Assembly (NCBI GenBank): GCA_052143535.1
Contig: JBKQSS010000075.1
Span: 40,588 to 104,587, forward strand
Direction of reading: 5' to 3'
DNA length: 64,000 nucleotides
Source: Myxococcaceae bacterium
GTDB lineage: Bacteria; Myxococcota; Myxococcia; Myxococcales; Myxococcaceae
The notes under the pieces were generated by a model. That model was not told where the DNA came from. It did no database searches and saw nothing but the letters and a program-made list of their open reading frames with translations. Positions 19,349 through 28,012 of this stretch are shown one piece after another (within the stretch, counting starts at the first letter, position 1; each line of letters opens with the position of its first letter). The position numbers and the translations under genes were made by a program.

Positions 19349-20554
19349 CTATTTGCCCATCTGGCACTTTGACTCGGAGAGCGGCATGAAGGCCTGAGCT
19401 GCCGGTGTCTTGGAGATGACCTTGAAGTAGTCGCGCTCCTCCTTGGCCTCACTCTTCGGCTTCACCTCTACCTGGAGCACGTCGAGGATGACGCGGTGGT
19501 CCTGCGGCCGGATGCTGGCGTTGCGAGCGAAGAAGTCGCTGAACTGATGGCCCTCGAGCGCCGCGCGCACCTTGTCCGCGTTGTCCGACTTCGCCCGGGA
19601 GACCGCCTCAAGGTACGTGGTGACGGCGGAGTAGACGCCGCCGTGCACCCAGGAGGGTTTCTTTCCGAAGGCCTTCTGGAAGTCTGTGCTCCAGGCCTTG
19701 CTTGGCTGGTCGAGGTTCCAGAACCAGGGAACGGTGACGACCGCGCCCGCGTACGCATCTTGCCCAAGCGAGTCGATGTCCGTCTCGAAGAGCAGCCCGA
19801 TGGCCAGGCCGATGCCGTCCTTCTTCAGAGCGAACTCGTTGTACTGCTTCACGACATTGACCAGGTCCGCCCCGGCGTGCATCGTGCCGAAGACCTGGGG
19901 CTTCAAGGATTGCGCTTTGAGCAGGTAGCTGGAGAAGTCGGTGTTTGGAAACGGAGTTGCTTCGCTGGGGGCAACCATTTTCCCGCCGGCGGCCTCCACC
20001 GCTTTGCGCATCTGCGCATCTAGGTTCTGCCCGAACTTGTAGTTCGGGTAGATGATGAACCAGGTTTTCCCGCCGCGCTTGGTGACCGCAGTTCCAGTCC
20101 CATTGGCCAGCATCCAGTTGTCGTAGGCGTAGTGGAACGTGTGGATGTTGCACTGCTCGTTGGTGAGCTCGGTGGTGCCTGCGCCAACGTCGATGAGCAG
20201 GGCATTGCGCGTCTTCACCACGCCCGCCACGGCCAGGGCACAGGAGGAAGTGGGCACGTCGAAGATGGCGTCTACGCCATCTCGCTCAATCATCTCCAGG
20301 GCTTTGTTGGTGGCGACGTCCGGCTTGCTCTGGTGGTCGACGCCAATCACCTCGACCTTGCCCGCGTATTCGGGGTGCTTCTTCATGAAGGCCGCGGCGG
20401 CCAGCTCTGCTGCTTTGACCGAGCCGGGCCCAGCCAGCGCCGAGTAGACGCCATTCATGTCAGTCAGCACGCCGATTTTGACTTTGTTGCCGGAGAGCTG
20501 CTGTGCCCCAGCTGGAACGGCGAGCAGCAGTGCTGCCAGCAGTGTCGTTTTCAT
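19349..20554 (-). CDS. ABC transporter substrate-binding protein (LivK/type I PBP family)
   Basis: ATG 20554 gives the signal peptide MKTTLLAALLLAVPAGAQQ. It has the KIGVLTDMNGVYS motif. Confidence 0.85.
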   Translation of the reverse strand: MKTTLLAALLLAVPAGAQQLSGNKVKIGVLTDMNGVYSALAGPGSVKAAELAAAAFMKKHPEYAGKVEVIGVDHQSKPDVATNKALEMIERDGVDAIFDVPTSSCALAVAGVVKTRNALLIDVGAGTTELTNEQCNIHTFHYAYDNWMLANGTGTAVTKRGGKTWFIIYPNYKFGQNLDAQMRKAVEAAGGKMVAPSEATPFPNTDFSSYLLKAQSLKPQVFGTMHAGADLVNVVKQYNEFALKKDGIGLAIGLLFETDIDSLGQDAYAGAVVTVPWFWNLDQPSKAWSTDFQKAFGKKPSWVHGGVYSAVTTYLEAVSRAKSDNADKVRAALEGHQFSDFFARNASIRPQDHRVILDVLQVEVKPKSEAKEERDYFKVISKTPAAQAFMPLSESKCQMGK

Positions 20555-20612
20555 CAGGTTCTCCTTGCAGGTGCGGGACAACGCCCTCGGGCGTTGGTTT
20601 TCCCACGGGGGA

Positions 20613-21305
20613 TTAGACACTCAAGTAGTCGAGCAACTCCTTTTCGCGGGTGCGAACCTGGTCGGTCGTCAACGTCTCCACCGAGCGCCCATCCACCACG
20701 AGCACGTGGCGGTCGGCCACCTTCAAAGCGAAGCGAAGGTTTTGCTCGACGAGCACCACAGCCAGCCCTTGCGCCTTGAGCTCGAGCACCATCTGGGCGA
20801 TGCGCTGGACGATGACCGGTGCAAGCCCCTCGGACGGCTCGTCGAGCAAGAGTAGACGGGGCGCTGCTCGAAGCACTCGGACAATGGCCAGCATCTGCTG
20901 CTCGCCGCCGGACATCTTCGTGCCGGGGAAGGCGCCGCGCTCCTTGAGGATGGGGAACGTCTGGTAGATGCGCCCCAGCGTCCAGCCTCCGGGCCGCAGC
21001 GCCGGGGGTAGCTCGAGGTTCTCGCGCACGGTGAGCGTCGAGAAAATGGCGCGCTCCTCGGGGACCCAGGCAACGCCCAGCCGAGCAATGCGGTCTGAGG
21101 TCAACCTTGAAATGTCCTGGCCGTCGAAGGTGATGGTCCCACGCCGGTCCGGAAGTACGCCCATTAGCGACTTGAGGGTGGTGCTCTTGCCAGCCCCGTT
21201 ACGGCCGATGAGGCTCACCACCTCGCCCGGCTTCACCGCCAGCGAGACTCCGTGAAGCACGTGGCTCTTGCCATAGAAGGCCTGAAGGTCGGAAACCACC
21301 AGCAT
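20613..21305 (-). CDS. livF: ABC transporter ATP-binding protein (LivF type)
   Basis: Walker A GRNGAGKST, MSGGEQQMLAIVRVL and LLLDEPSEGLAP. Start at ATG 21305. Confidence 0.9.
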   Translation of the reverse strand: MLVVSDLQAFYGKSHVLHGVSLAVKPGEVVSLIGRNGAGKSTTLKSLMGVLPDRRGTITFDGQDISRLTSDRIARLGVAWVPEERAIFSTLTVRENLELPPALRPGGWTLGRIYQTFPILKERGAFPGTKMSGGEQQMLAIVRVLRAAPRLLLLDEPSEGLAPVIVQRIAQMVLELKAQGLAVVLVEQNLRFALKVADRHVLVVDGRSVETLTTDQVRTREKELLDYLSV

Positions 21306-21309
21306 CGGG

Positions 21310-22059
21310 TCAGCCAACCTCCTCACCGAGGTAGGCCTCGATGACGTGCGGATTTCGCCGCACCTCATCGTAGGTGCCCTGCGCGAGGATGCGGCCGCGC
21401 TGGAGCACGGTGATGCGGTCCGCCAGCTGCGCCACAACCCCCATGTTGTGCTCCACCAGCACCAAGGTGCGGCCTTTCGCCACCTTCTTGCCGAGGGCCA
21501 CCATCCGCTGGACGTCGTCGGTGCCCATTCCGGAGGTGGGCTCGTCGAGCAGCAGCACCCGGGGCTCCTGGGTCAGCGAGATGCCAATCTCGAGGTTGCG
21601 CTTCTCGCCGTGGGACAGCGACGAGGCCGAACGGTGGGCCAGCCCCAACTCGTGGACCACCTCCAAAATCTGCCGAGCCCGGGGCTGGTACTTCAGCAGC
21701 ACCTTCACACTTTCCCAGAACCGCCAGTGGTGTGGCGTCTTGGACTGGATGGCAACCAGAAGGTTTTCCTGAACCGAGAGGGTGTCGAAGACCGAGGAGA
21801 TTTGGAACGAGCGGGACAGTCCCCGGCGGACAATTTTATGGGGAGCGACCCGGGTGATGTCCTCGCCGAAAAGGAAGACCTGGCCGGCGGTCGGCGTCAG
21901 AAACCCGGAGAGGAGGTTGAAGAGTGTCGTCTTCCCGGCGCCATTGGGCCCGATGATGGCGTGGGTCTCACCCTCCTCGATGACCAAGTCCACCCCGTCC
22001 ACCGCGGAAAAGCCATGAAAGGCTTTGGAAAGAGCTCGAGCCTCGAGAGCTGCAGGCAT
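21310..22059 (-). CDS. livG: ABC transporter ATP-binding protein (LivG type)
   Basis: Walker A GPNGAGKTT, LSHGEKRNLEIGISL and LLLDEPTSGMG. Start at ATG 22059. Confidence 0.9.
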   Translation of the reverse strand: MPAALEARALSKAFHGFSAVDGVDLVIEEGETHAIIGPNGAGKTTLFNLLSGFLTPTAGQVFLFGEDITRVAPHKIVRRGLSRSFQISSVFDTLSVQENLLVAIQSKTPHHWRFWESVKVLLKYQPRARQILEVVHELGLAHRSASSLSHGEKRNLEIGISLTQEPRVLLLDEPTSGMGTDDVQRMVALGKKVAKGRTLVLVEHNMGVVAQLADRITVLQRGRILAQGTYDEVRRNPHVIEAYLGEEVG

Positions 22060-22208
22060 AGGTTCGGCGCTTTGCGCGAGGGGCCGACGGCAGATGGACC
22101 TTAGCTGTGGCCTCGTGAAGGTCAACGAGGTTTAGCCACTCCCGGAGCGTATGCTCTCGTGACGCGCCGATGAGGCCCCTTTGGCCTTCGGAGAGAGGAA
22201 ATGACGCT

Positions 22209-22991
22209 ATGCGTATGAAGGGCCGTGTGGCACTGGTGACGGGGGCAGCAAGTGGCATTGGTCGCGCAATCTCCGAGGCTTTTTCCCGCGAGGGCGCCCA
22301 GGTGGGCGTGGCAGACATCAACGCTGCGGGAGCAACAGCTGTGGCGGACTCCATCGCCCACACCGGCGGCAGCGCCGTCGCCGTCCCCATGGACGTCACC
22401 GATGAGGCCCAAGTGAACGAGGGCGTCGACGCGCTGGTGGCGCGCTTCGGCACGGTGGACGTGCTGGTAAGCAACGCTGGTGTTCAGCACATCGCCGCGG
22501 TGGTCGACTGCAGCTTCGAGGCGTGGCGCAGGCTGCTCGCCATTCACCTCGACGGAGCCTTCCTCACCACCCGGGCCTGCATGCGCCGGATGGTGGCCTC
22601 CGGGAAGGGCGGCTGTCTTCTTTACATGGGCAGCGTGCACTCAGTGGAGGCCTCGCCGCTCAAGGCTCCGTACATCGCTGCCAAGCACGGCATCCTCGGC
22701 CTGGCCCGCGCAGTGGCGAAAGAGGGGGCGCCGCACGGCATTTGGAGCAACGTCATCGCGCCGGGCTTTGTGCGCACCCCACTGGTGGAGAGACAGATTC
22801 CAGAGCAAGCCCGCGACCTCGGCATCAGCGAGCAGGAGGTGGTGAAGAACGTCATGCTCAGAAATACGGTCGACGGCGAGTTCACCACGCTCGATGACGT
22901 CGCGCAGCTGGCAGTCTTCCTCGCGTCCTTTCCGAGTCGAGCGCTCACGGGCCAGTCGGTGGTGGTGAGTCACGGCTGGCATATGCAATGA
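22209..22991 (+). CDS. bdhA: 3-hydroxybutyrate dehydrogenase (SDR family)
   Basis: [11 protein letters not shown] Rossmann motif, NAG, and YxxxK in APYIAAKHG. The tail ...[31 protein letters not shown] is BdhA-like, and the gene is in PHA context. Confidence 0.8.
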   Translation: MRMKGRVALVTGAASGIGRAISEAFSREGAQVGVADINAAGATAVADSIAHTGGSAVAVPMDVTDEAQVNEGVDALVARFGTVDVLVSNAGVQHIAAVVDCSFEAWRRLLAIHLDGAFLTTRACMRRMVASGKGGCLLYMGSVHSVEASPLKAPYIAAKHGILGLARAVAKEGAPHGIWSNVIAPGFVRTPLVERQIPEQARDLGISEQEVVKNVMLRNTVDGEFTTLDDVAQLAVFLASFPSRALTGQSVVVSHGWHMQ

Positions 22992-23205
22992 CCTCTCGCC
23001 AAGACTAAGTCGTTCGGCCCGATACCTGAACGAAGTCGACCCCTGAACTTCCCGACACAGGCCTAAGGGCGACGTATTTCCCCATGAGAAAGCCAACCGG
23101 AGCTGCCCCCGGGTGCAAACCAATGGCGGCTTAGAGCGGCGCGCCGTGGCATTCGAAGGGTTGTCCTTACAGGGCGTGACCGCGGTCAAGATTGGCGCGA
23201 ACGCA

Positions 23206-24060
23206 CTACCCGCGCTTCGGCTTCTCGTGGGTCTCGACAAAGGTGAAGCCGAAACGGCCCTTCACGCACAGGTTCCCAGCGGTCACGCCGGAATCACTCG
23301 GCGACGTCACGCGGACAATTTTATTGTCTTGGACTCGCAGCGAGAGCGTACAGCCCACTCCGCAATATGGGCAGATGGTGTCTGTGACCGTTTGTTCCGA
23401 CTCTCGCCACTGACCAGCCTCGCGAAGGTCGTGCTCGGCCTTGAAGACCAGGGCACCCGTCGGACACGCGTTCACGCAGTTGCCACAAAAGACGCAAGCT
23501 GAGTCGGGCAGCGCCACCTCGTGCTCAGTGGCGATGCGTGCGTCGAAGCCGCGTCCGGCTACGGCGATAGCAAAGGTGTTTTGCGCATCGGTGCCGCAGG
23601 CCTCGACGCACTTATAGCAAAGCATGCAACGTCCGTAGTCGCGGACGAAGAGCTCATTGTCCACTGTTACTGGCTGGGCGACGCTCTCCGCCTTCGGTCC
23701 AAACCGCGCAGGGCGAGCTTCATACCGGGCTGCATATGCTGAGAACGCCGACGAGCGAGACATGTCGACAGAGGAACCGAGGAGCTCAATCACCAGTTTG
23801 CGGCTAAGCCGAACGCGGGGACTGTCGGTCAGGACTTTCATGCCCGGCTCGGCAAGGCGCGAGCAGGCTGGGACAAGGACGCGTGAGCCCTCGAGCTCGA
23901 CAACACAAATCCGGCACACATTGACCGGAGTCAGGTTCTCGGCCCAGCACAGCGTCGGCGTATCGATGCCAACGGATTGGCATGCCCCGAGCAACGTCGT
24001 CCCTTCTCGGACCGTCACGGGCTTCCCGTCGACAGAGAGCTCCACCGGCCGGGGCATCAT
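23206..24060 (-). CDS. fdsA: formate dehydrogenase alpha subunit, N-terminal Fe-S portion only (284 aa)
   Basis: It has a 2Fe-2S motif (LCWAENLTPVNVCRICVVELEG...PAC), two ferredoxin-type 4Fe-4S motifs (CMLCYKCVEACG, CVFCGNCVNACPTG) and the Mo-domain cluster CPYCGVGC...LCVKGRFGFTFVETHE. It ends KPKRG-stop where the Mo domain normally continues. The start overlaps the upstream stop (ATGA). Confidence 0.85.
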   Translation of the reverse strand: MMPRPVELSVDGKPVTVREGTTLLGACQSVGIDTPTLCWAENLTPVNVCRICVVELEGSRVLVPACSRLAEPGMKVLTDSPRVRLSRKLVIELLGSSVDMSRSSAFSAYAARYEARPARFGPKAESVAQPVTVDNELFVRDYGRCMLCYKCVEACGTDAQNTFAIAVAGRGFDARIATEHEVALPDSACVFCGNCVNACPTGALVFKAEHDLREAGQWRESEQTVTDTICPYCGVGCTLSLRVQDNKIVRVTSPSDSGVTAGNLCVKGRFGFTFVETHEKPKRG

Positions 24061-25895
24061 CCGGTGGGCCCTCGATGCGGCATCAGCTTGGCCAGGGCGG
24101 ATTGAATGGCCAGCGTCGCTGTCTGACCGAGCCCACAAATGGAGGCATCCTTCATCGCCTGAGCGAGCTCGGTCAGCAACTGGAGCTCAGCGTCCGTCGA
24201 CCCTAAGGGGATGCCCGCGGCAAGTCGCGTCAGCAGTTCCTCCTGACGCACGGTGCCGACACGACAAGGGACGCACTGCCCGCAGGACTCGTCGCGAAAG
24301 AAGGCCGCTAGGCGACGTAGGATTGGAGCAAGGGGCAATTCATCGTCCAGAACGAACACCACTCCGGATCCCAGTGAGGCCCCGATCTTGCGCGTGTCCT
24401 CGAAGGACAGCGGGACCGACAGCTCCTCAGGCGAGAGAAAGGTACTCGCCGCGCCACCAAGAAGGACGGCCTGAATTCGCCGACCCTTCGCAACGCCGCC
24501 CGCAAGTTCGATCAACGCGTCCAACCGAGTTCCGAAGGGGACTTCGTAAACGCCGGGTCGTGCGATTCGCCCGCAGACGCAAAATAGCTTCGTCCCGGGT
24601 GAGGCGGCCGTGCCGACGGACACGTACGAGGCGGCACCGTCGCGTACAATGTCGAGCACTGCGACCAACGTCTCCACGTTATTCACCGAGGTTGGTTTGC
24701 GGAAGAGACCTGAGTCCACCGGAAACGGCGGCTTATTCCGCGGCTCGCCGCGGAAACCTTCCAGAGAGTTGAAAAGAGCCGTCTCCTCGCCACAGATGTA
24801 AGCGCCGGCGCCACGGCGCAGCTCGATGTCGAAGGTAAAACCGCTTCCTAGAATCTCGGCGCCCAGCCAGTGCGTTGTACGAAGGAACTCAATGGCGTGC
24901 TCCAGTCGAGCGGCTGCCACGGGATATTCACCGCGGATGTACAGGTAGCCCCGTTCGGACCCGGTGGCAAAACCGGCGATGGTCATCGCCTCTAGGACCG
25001 CGAACGGGTCACTCTCCATCAGTACTCGATCCTTGAAGGTGCCCGGCTCAGACTCGTCAGCGTTGCACACGACATAGTGTGGACGTTCGGGAGCCCGCGC
25101 GACGGCCTCCCACTTGCGTCCGGTGGGAAAGGCGGCGCCGCCTCGGCCGACGAGCTTCGCTTCCGTCACTTCGCGAACGACGCCTTCTCGACCAAGCTCG
25201 AGTGCGCGCCGCAGCGCACGCTGCCCACCGTGCGCCTGGTAGGAATCCAGACTCAAGGGATCAACGAGGCCAGCTCGCACGAGCAACTTGCGAGGTCCTG
25301 TACCCCCGATGAATGCTGGCCTCCAGCGGGGGGGAGCGCCGCCCAGGGCAGCTTCGATCTGGGCAGTGGTCGCGCGACCAAACGCGACTTCCAACGGCGC
25401 CGCACCTGCGACGGACACCATTGCCGCAGGGGCTTGTTCGCAAAGTCCGAGGCAGGGGCTCCTTGCCCAAAGGGCGCTGGAATTCCCGGTGGTGTCCGGT
25501 GCGTCCGCTCGGTGCCGCGCGATCAATGGAGGTCCGAACTTGGCGTTGAGCTCCGCACACAGCTGCTCTGCCCCTGCGGCCTGGCAGACGATGTCGTCGC
25601 AGACATGAGCGAAGGCGCTCGAGCGCTCGGAGAGCGAAAACATCGCGTAGAAGCTCGCGACGCCGTAGGCCTCAGCCGGAGGAATTGCCAAACGGCGGCA
25701 GACGTAACCGAGTCCGCCAGGACTCACCCACCCGATCCGCGATTGGAGCGCATGCAGGCACGGCAGAAGGAGTGTCCGTTGGATCTTGGCGACGCTGGCC
25801 GGGGTCGGGATGTCAATCGGCAGCGGGCCGAGCACGGCATCAATCGCTGTGCTCTCAGGACCAGTCGGGGCTTCCGCGATGGCACGCAAGTCCAA
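24057..25895 (-). CDS. fdsB: NAD-linked formate dehydrogenase diaphorase: NuoE-like + NuoF-like fusion
   Basis: It has a thioredoxin-like 2Fe-2S part (…HVCDDIVC…SPCLGLCEQAP), an FMN/NADH part (GRGGAAFPTGRKW, YVVCNADESEPGTFKD) and a 4Fe-4S motif ESCGQCVPCR. The TTG start at 25895 is uncertain. Confidence 0.88.
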   Translation of the reverse strand: MDLRAIAEAPTGPESTAIDAVLGPLPIDIPTPASVAKIQRTLLLPCLHALQSRIGWVSPGGLGYVCRRLAIPPAEAYGVASFYAMFSLSERSSAFAHVCDDIVCQAAGAEQLCAELNAKFGPPLIARHRADAPDTTGNSSALWARSPCLGLCEQAPAAMVSVAGAAPLEVAFGRATTAQIEAALGGAPPRWRPAFIGGTGPRKLLVRAGLVDPLSLDSYQAHGGQRALRRALELGREGVVREVTEAKLVGRGGAAFPTGRKWEAVARAPERPHYVVCNADESEPGTFKDRVLMESDPFAVLEAMTIAGFATGSERGYLYIRGEYPVAAARLEHAIEFLRTTHWLGAEILGSGFTFDIELRRGAGAYICGEETALFNSLEGFRGEPRNKPPFPVDSGLFRKPTSVNNVETLVAVLDIVRDGAASYVSVGTAASPGTKLFCVCGRIARPGVYEVPFGTRLDALIELAGGVAKGRRIQAVLLGGAASTFLSPEELSVPLSFEDTRKIGASLGSGVVFVLDDELPLAPILRRLAAFFRDESCGQCVPCRVGTVRQEELLTRLAAGIPLGSTDAELQLLTELAQAMKDASICGLGQTATLAIQSALAKLMPHRGPTG

Positions 25896-25934
25896 GTTCG
25901 CGAAACTCTATCAGAGGCTTAGGGGAGGAGCCGC

Positions 25935-27860
25935 TTATGACACCGCATGAGCGGGCGGGCGAGCTTGCCATGCCCTAGACAGCTTCTCGACGCGAACCGC
26001 CGAAGCTTTGAACTCCGCGGTCCCCGATTTTGGGTCGGTCGCGTTGATGGTCAGGGTGTTGGTGTCGACGCTGTCCGGGAAATGGACCGTCATGAAGACC
26101 AGACCGGGCCGCAGGCCGGCGATGATGCGCACGGGGACTTCGACTGATCCTCGACGCGATACGATGCGCACCCATTCCCCGTCGCTGACATCGAGCGCAC
26201 GAGCATCCTCCGGACTCAGGTCGAGCGTCTCACCCCGAGCGTGTGGCCAAGCGAATCCTCCGCTCTGGACACCAGTATTGTATGACTCGAGACGCCTTCC
26301 GGTCGTGAGGCGCAAGGGAAATGACGCGTCGAGACCGTCCACCGGAGGGACCTGCTCCGCTGGCAGAAACGGCGCACGGGGACCGACCATTGGGTCGCTC
26401 CAGAGTCTCGCATGTAGGAACGGTGTCCCCGGGTGCTGCTCGTCAGGGCACGGCCATTGGATTCCGTCGAGTGCCTCGATGCGGGCGTAGCTCATCCCGG
26501 CGTGCATCGGGCTCAGCGCGCGAACCTCGTTCCAGATTGCTTCCGGATTCGATGAGCCCAAGTCGTACCCAAGGCGCCGGGAAAGGTCGGCCAGGATGAC
26601 GATGTCGTCGCGCGCTTGCCCAGGCGGCGTGAGGGCACGGCGGCATCGCTGAACACGTCGCTCGCTGTTGGTCACTGTGCCTTCGGACTCGCACCAGCTC
26701 GCCGAGGCCGGCAAGACGACGTCTGCCATCACCGCGGTCTTGGTCATGACGATGTCCTGAACCAGCAAGAACTCCAGCCCCTTCAACAGATTCATGGAGT
26801 GGTGTGAGTCGGCCTCGGATTGCGCCGGGTTCTCCCCGAGGACGTACAGTCCAGTCATCGCCTTGGTTTCCATGGCCTCGAACATCTCGGTGAGGTTCCA
26901 ACCCTTCTTTGGCGGGACGGGGCGGCCCCAGCATTGGTCGTAGCGGGCGCGCACCACGGGGTTTTCGACATCTTGAAACCCGGCCAGCTTGTTCGGGAGG
27001 GCCCCCATGTCTCCACCGCCTTGGACGTTGTTCTGCCCCCGCAGCGGGTTGAGTCCCGAGCCCCAGCGCCCGACATGGCCGGTGAGCAATCCAAGATTGA
27101 TGAGCGAACACACATTATCGACGGCGTTGTGGTGTTCTGTGATTCCAAGTGTCCAGCAGATGATGGCCTTGTCGGCTCGCGCGTATTCGCGAGCTACGCG
27201 TTGAATCAGCTCAGGAGAAACCTTTGTCTCTTGCGAGACTCTCGCCAGGTCGTACCTCTGAACGGTTTCTGAGTAGGCCTCGAAGCCCTCCGTCGCCCGG
27301 GCGATGAACGAGCGGTGCTCGAGGCCCTCTGCCAAAATGCAGCGGGCCATTCCATTGGCGAGGGTAATGTCGGTGCCCACATCGAGTTGAAGCCAACCGT
27401 CCGCCCATTCCGCGGAACTGGTGCGGCGCGGGTCCATCACAAAAAGCTTTCCCCCCCGTCGAATGGCCTTCAGGACGTGGTGGAAAAAAATCGGATGCGT
27501 TTCTCTGGCATTGCTGCCCCAGAGGATCATCACATCGGCTTCCTCAACTTCCTTGTAGGAACTCGTTCCGCCGCCTGCTCCGAAGACCGCCGCCAGACCG
27601 GCGACGCTTGGCGCGTGTCAAGTTCTGTTACAGCTGTCGATGTTGTTACTACCCACCGCGGCGCGCATGAACTTCTGCGCAGCAAAATTCACTTCGTTGG
27701 TGGCTTTGGAGCAGCTGAACATTCCAAACGAGTTCGCGCCGTGCCTCTCGACGACGCCGCGAATTCCTGCCGTCGCACGCTCGAGGGCCTGCTCCCAGCT
27801 GGCCGGGCGTAACTCCCCGTTCTCGCGGACGAGGGGTTCCGTGATTCGAGGCGGCGACAC
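25935..27860 (-). CDS. fdsA: formate dehydrogenase alpha subunit, catalytic Mo/W-bisPGD portion, selenocysteine-containing (Sec = codon 81, TGA at 27618..27620)
   Basis: Track ORFs 27618..27860 and 25935..27533 share a frame. The read-through gives ...NNIDSCNRT-U-HAPSVAGLAAVFG...MILWGSNARETHPIFFHH...GQNNVQGG..., which is the FdhF/FdsA catalytic core. Total 641 codons. Confidence 0.85.
27585..27617 (-). promoter_or_regulatory. bacterial SECIS-like hairpin directly 3' of the UGA
   Basis: The mRNA reads UGA CAC GCG CCA AGC GUC GCC GGU CUG GCG GCG GUC. The stem GUCGCC/GGCGGC (27605..27600 with 27594..27589) closes a GGUCU apical loop. Confidence 0.7.
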
Positions 27861-27965
27861 GACAGGAAGTCTATCCCCCCGCTCGTTGAGTTCAAGGCCG
27901 GTCCTCTAAGGGTACGTTTTGCCCCTGGGAGAGCCCCCGCGGCGGGAGGCGTCGGCATCAGCCTC

Positions 27966-27986
27966 AGCGCGTCGCTTCGACGCGCT
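27966..27986 (-). terminator. hairpin after the class-V PLP enzyme gene, upstream of the FDH operon
   Basis: AGCGCGTCG-ctt-CGACGCGCT forms a 9-bp perfect stem 26 nt past the stop at 28013. There is no U-tract. Confidence 0.45.
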
Positions 27987-28012
27987 CGTCACCTTACGTT
28001 TCCGCAGCACTC

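Noticed and set aside
22992-23205. Search for a continuation of the truncated fdsA Fe-S half in other frames, or for a tRNA or small RNA, in the GC-poorer 214-bp spacer.
   Set aside because: None of the three frames shows FdhA-like sequence (track ORF 22641..23240 is low-complexity). I saw no tRNA-like T-arm or anticodon structure.
27618-27620. TGA read as a genuine stop, which would make the FDH catalytic gene a pseudogene or two separate genes.
   Set aside because: The flanking ORFs are in frame. The codon falls exactly at the Sec/Cys-His ligand motif, and a SECIS-like hairpin with a GGUCU loop follows at the canonical distance.
27861-28012. Possible Moco riboswitch or other leader RNA in front of the FDH catalytic gene.
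   Set aside because: I could not recognise the conserved Moco-motif elements by eye. Only the terminator hairpin of the upstream gene stands out. An Rfam scan would be needed to settle this.
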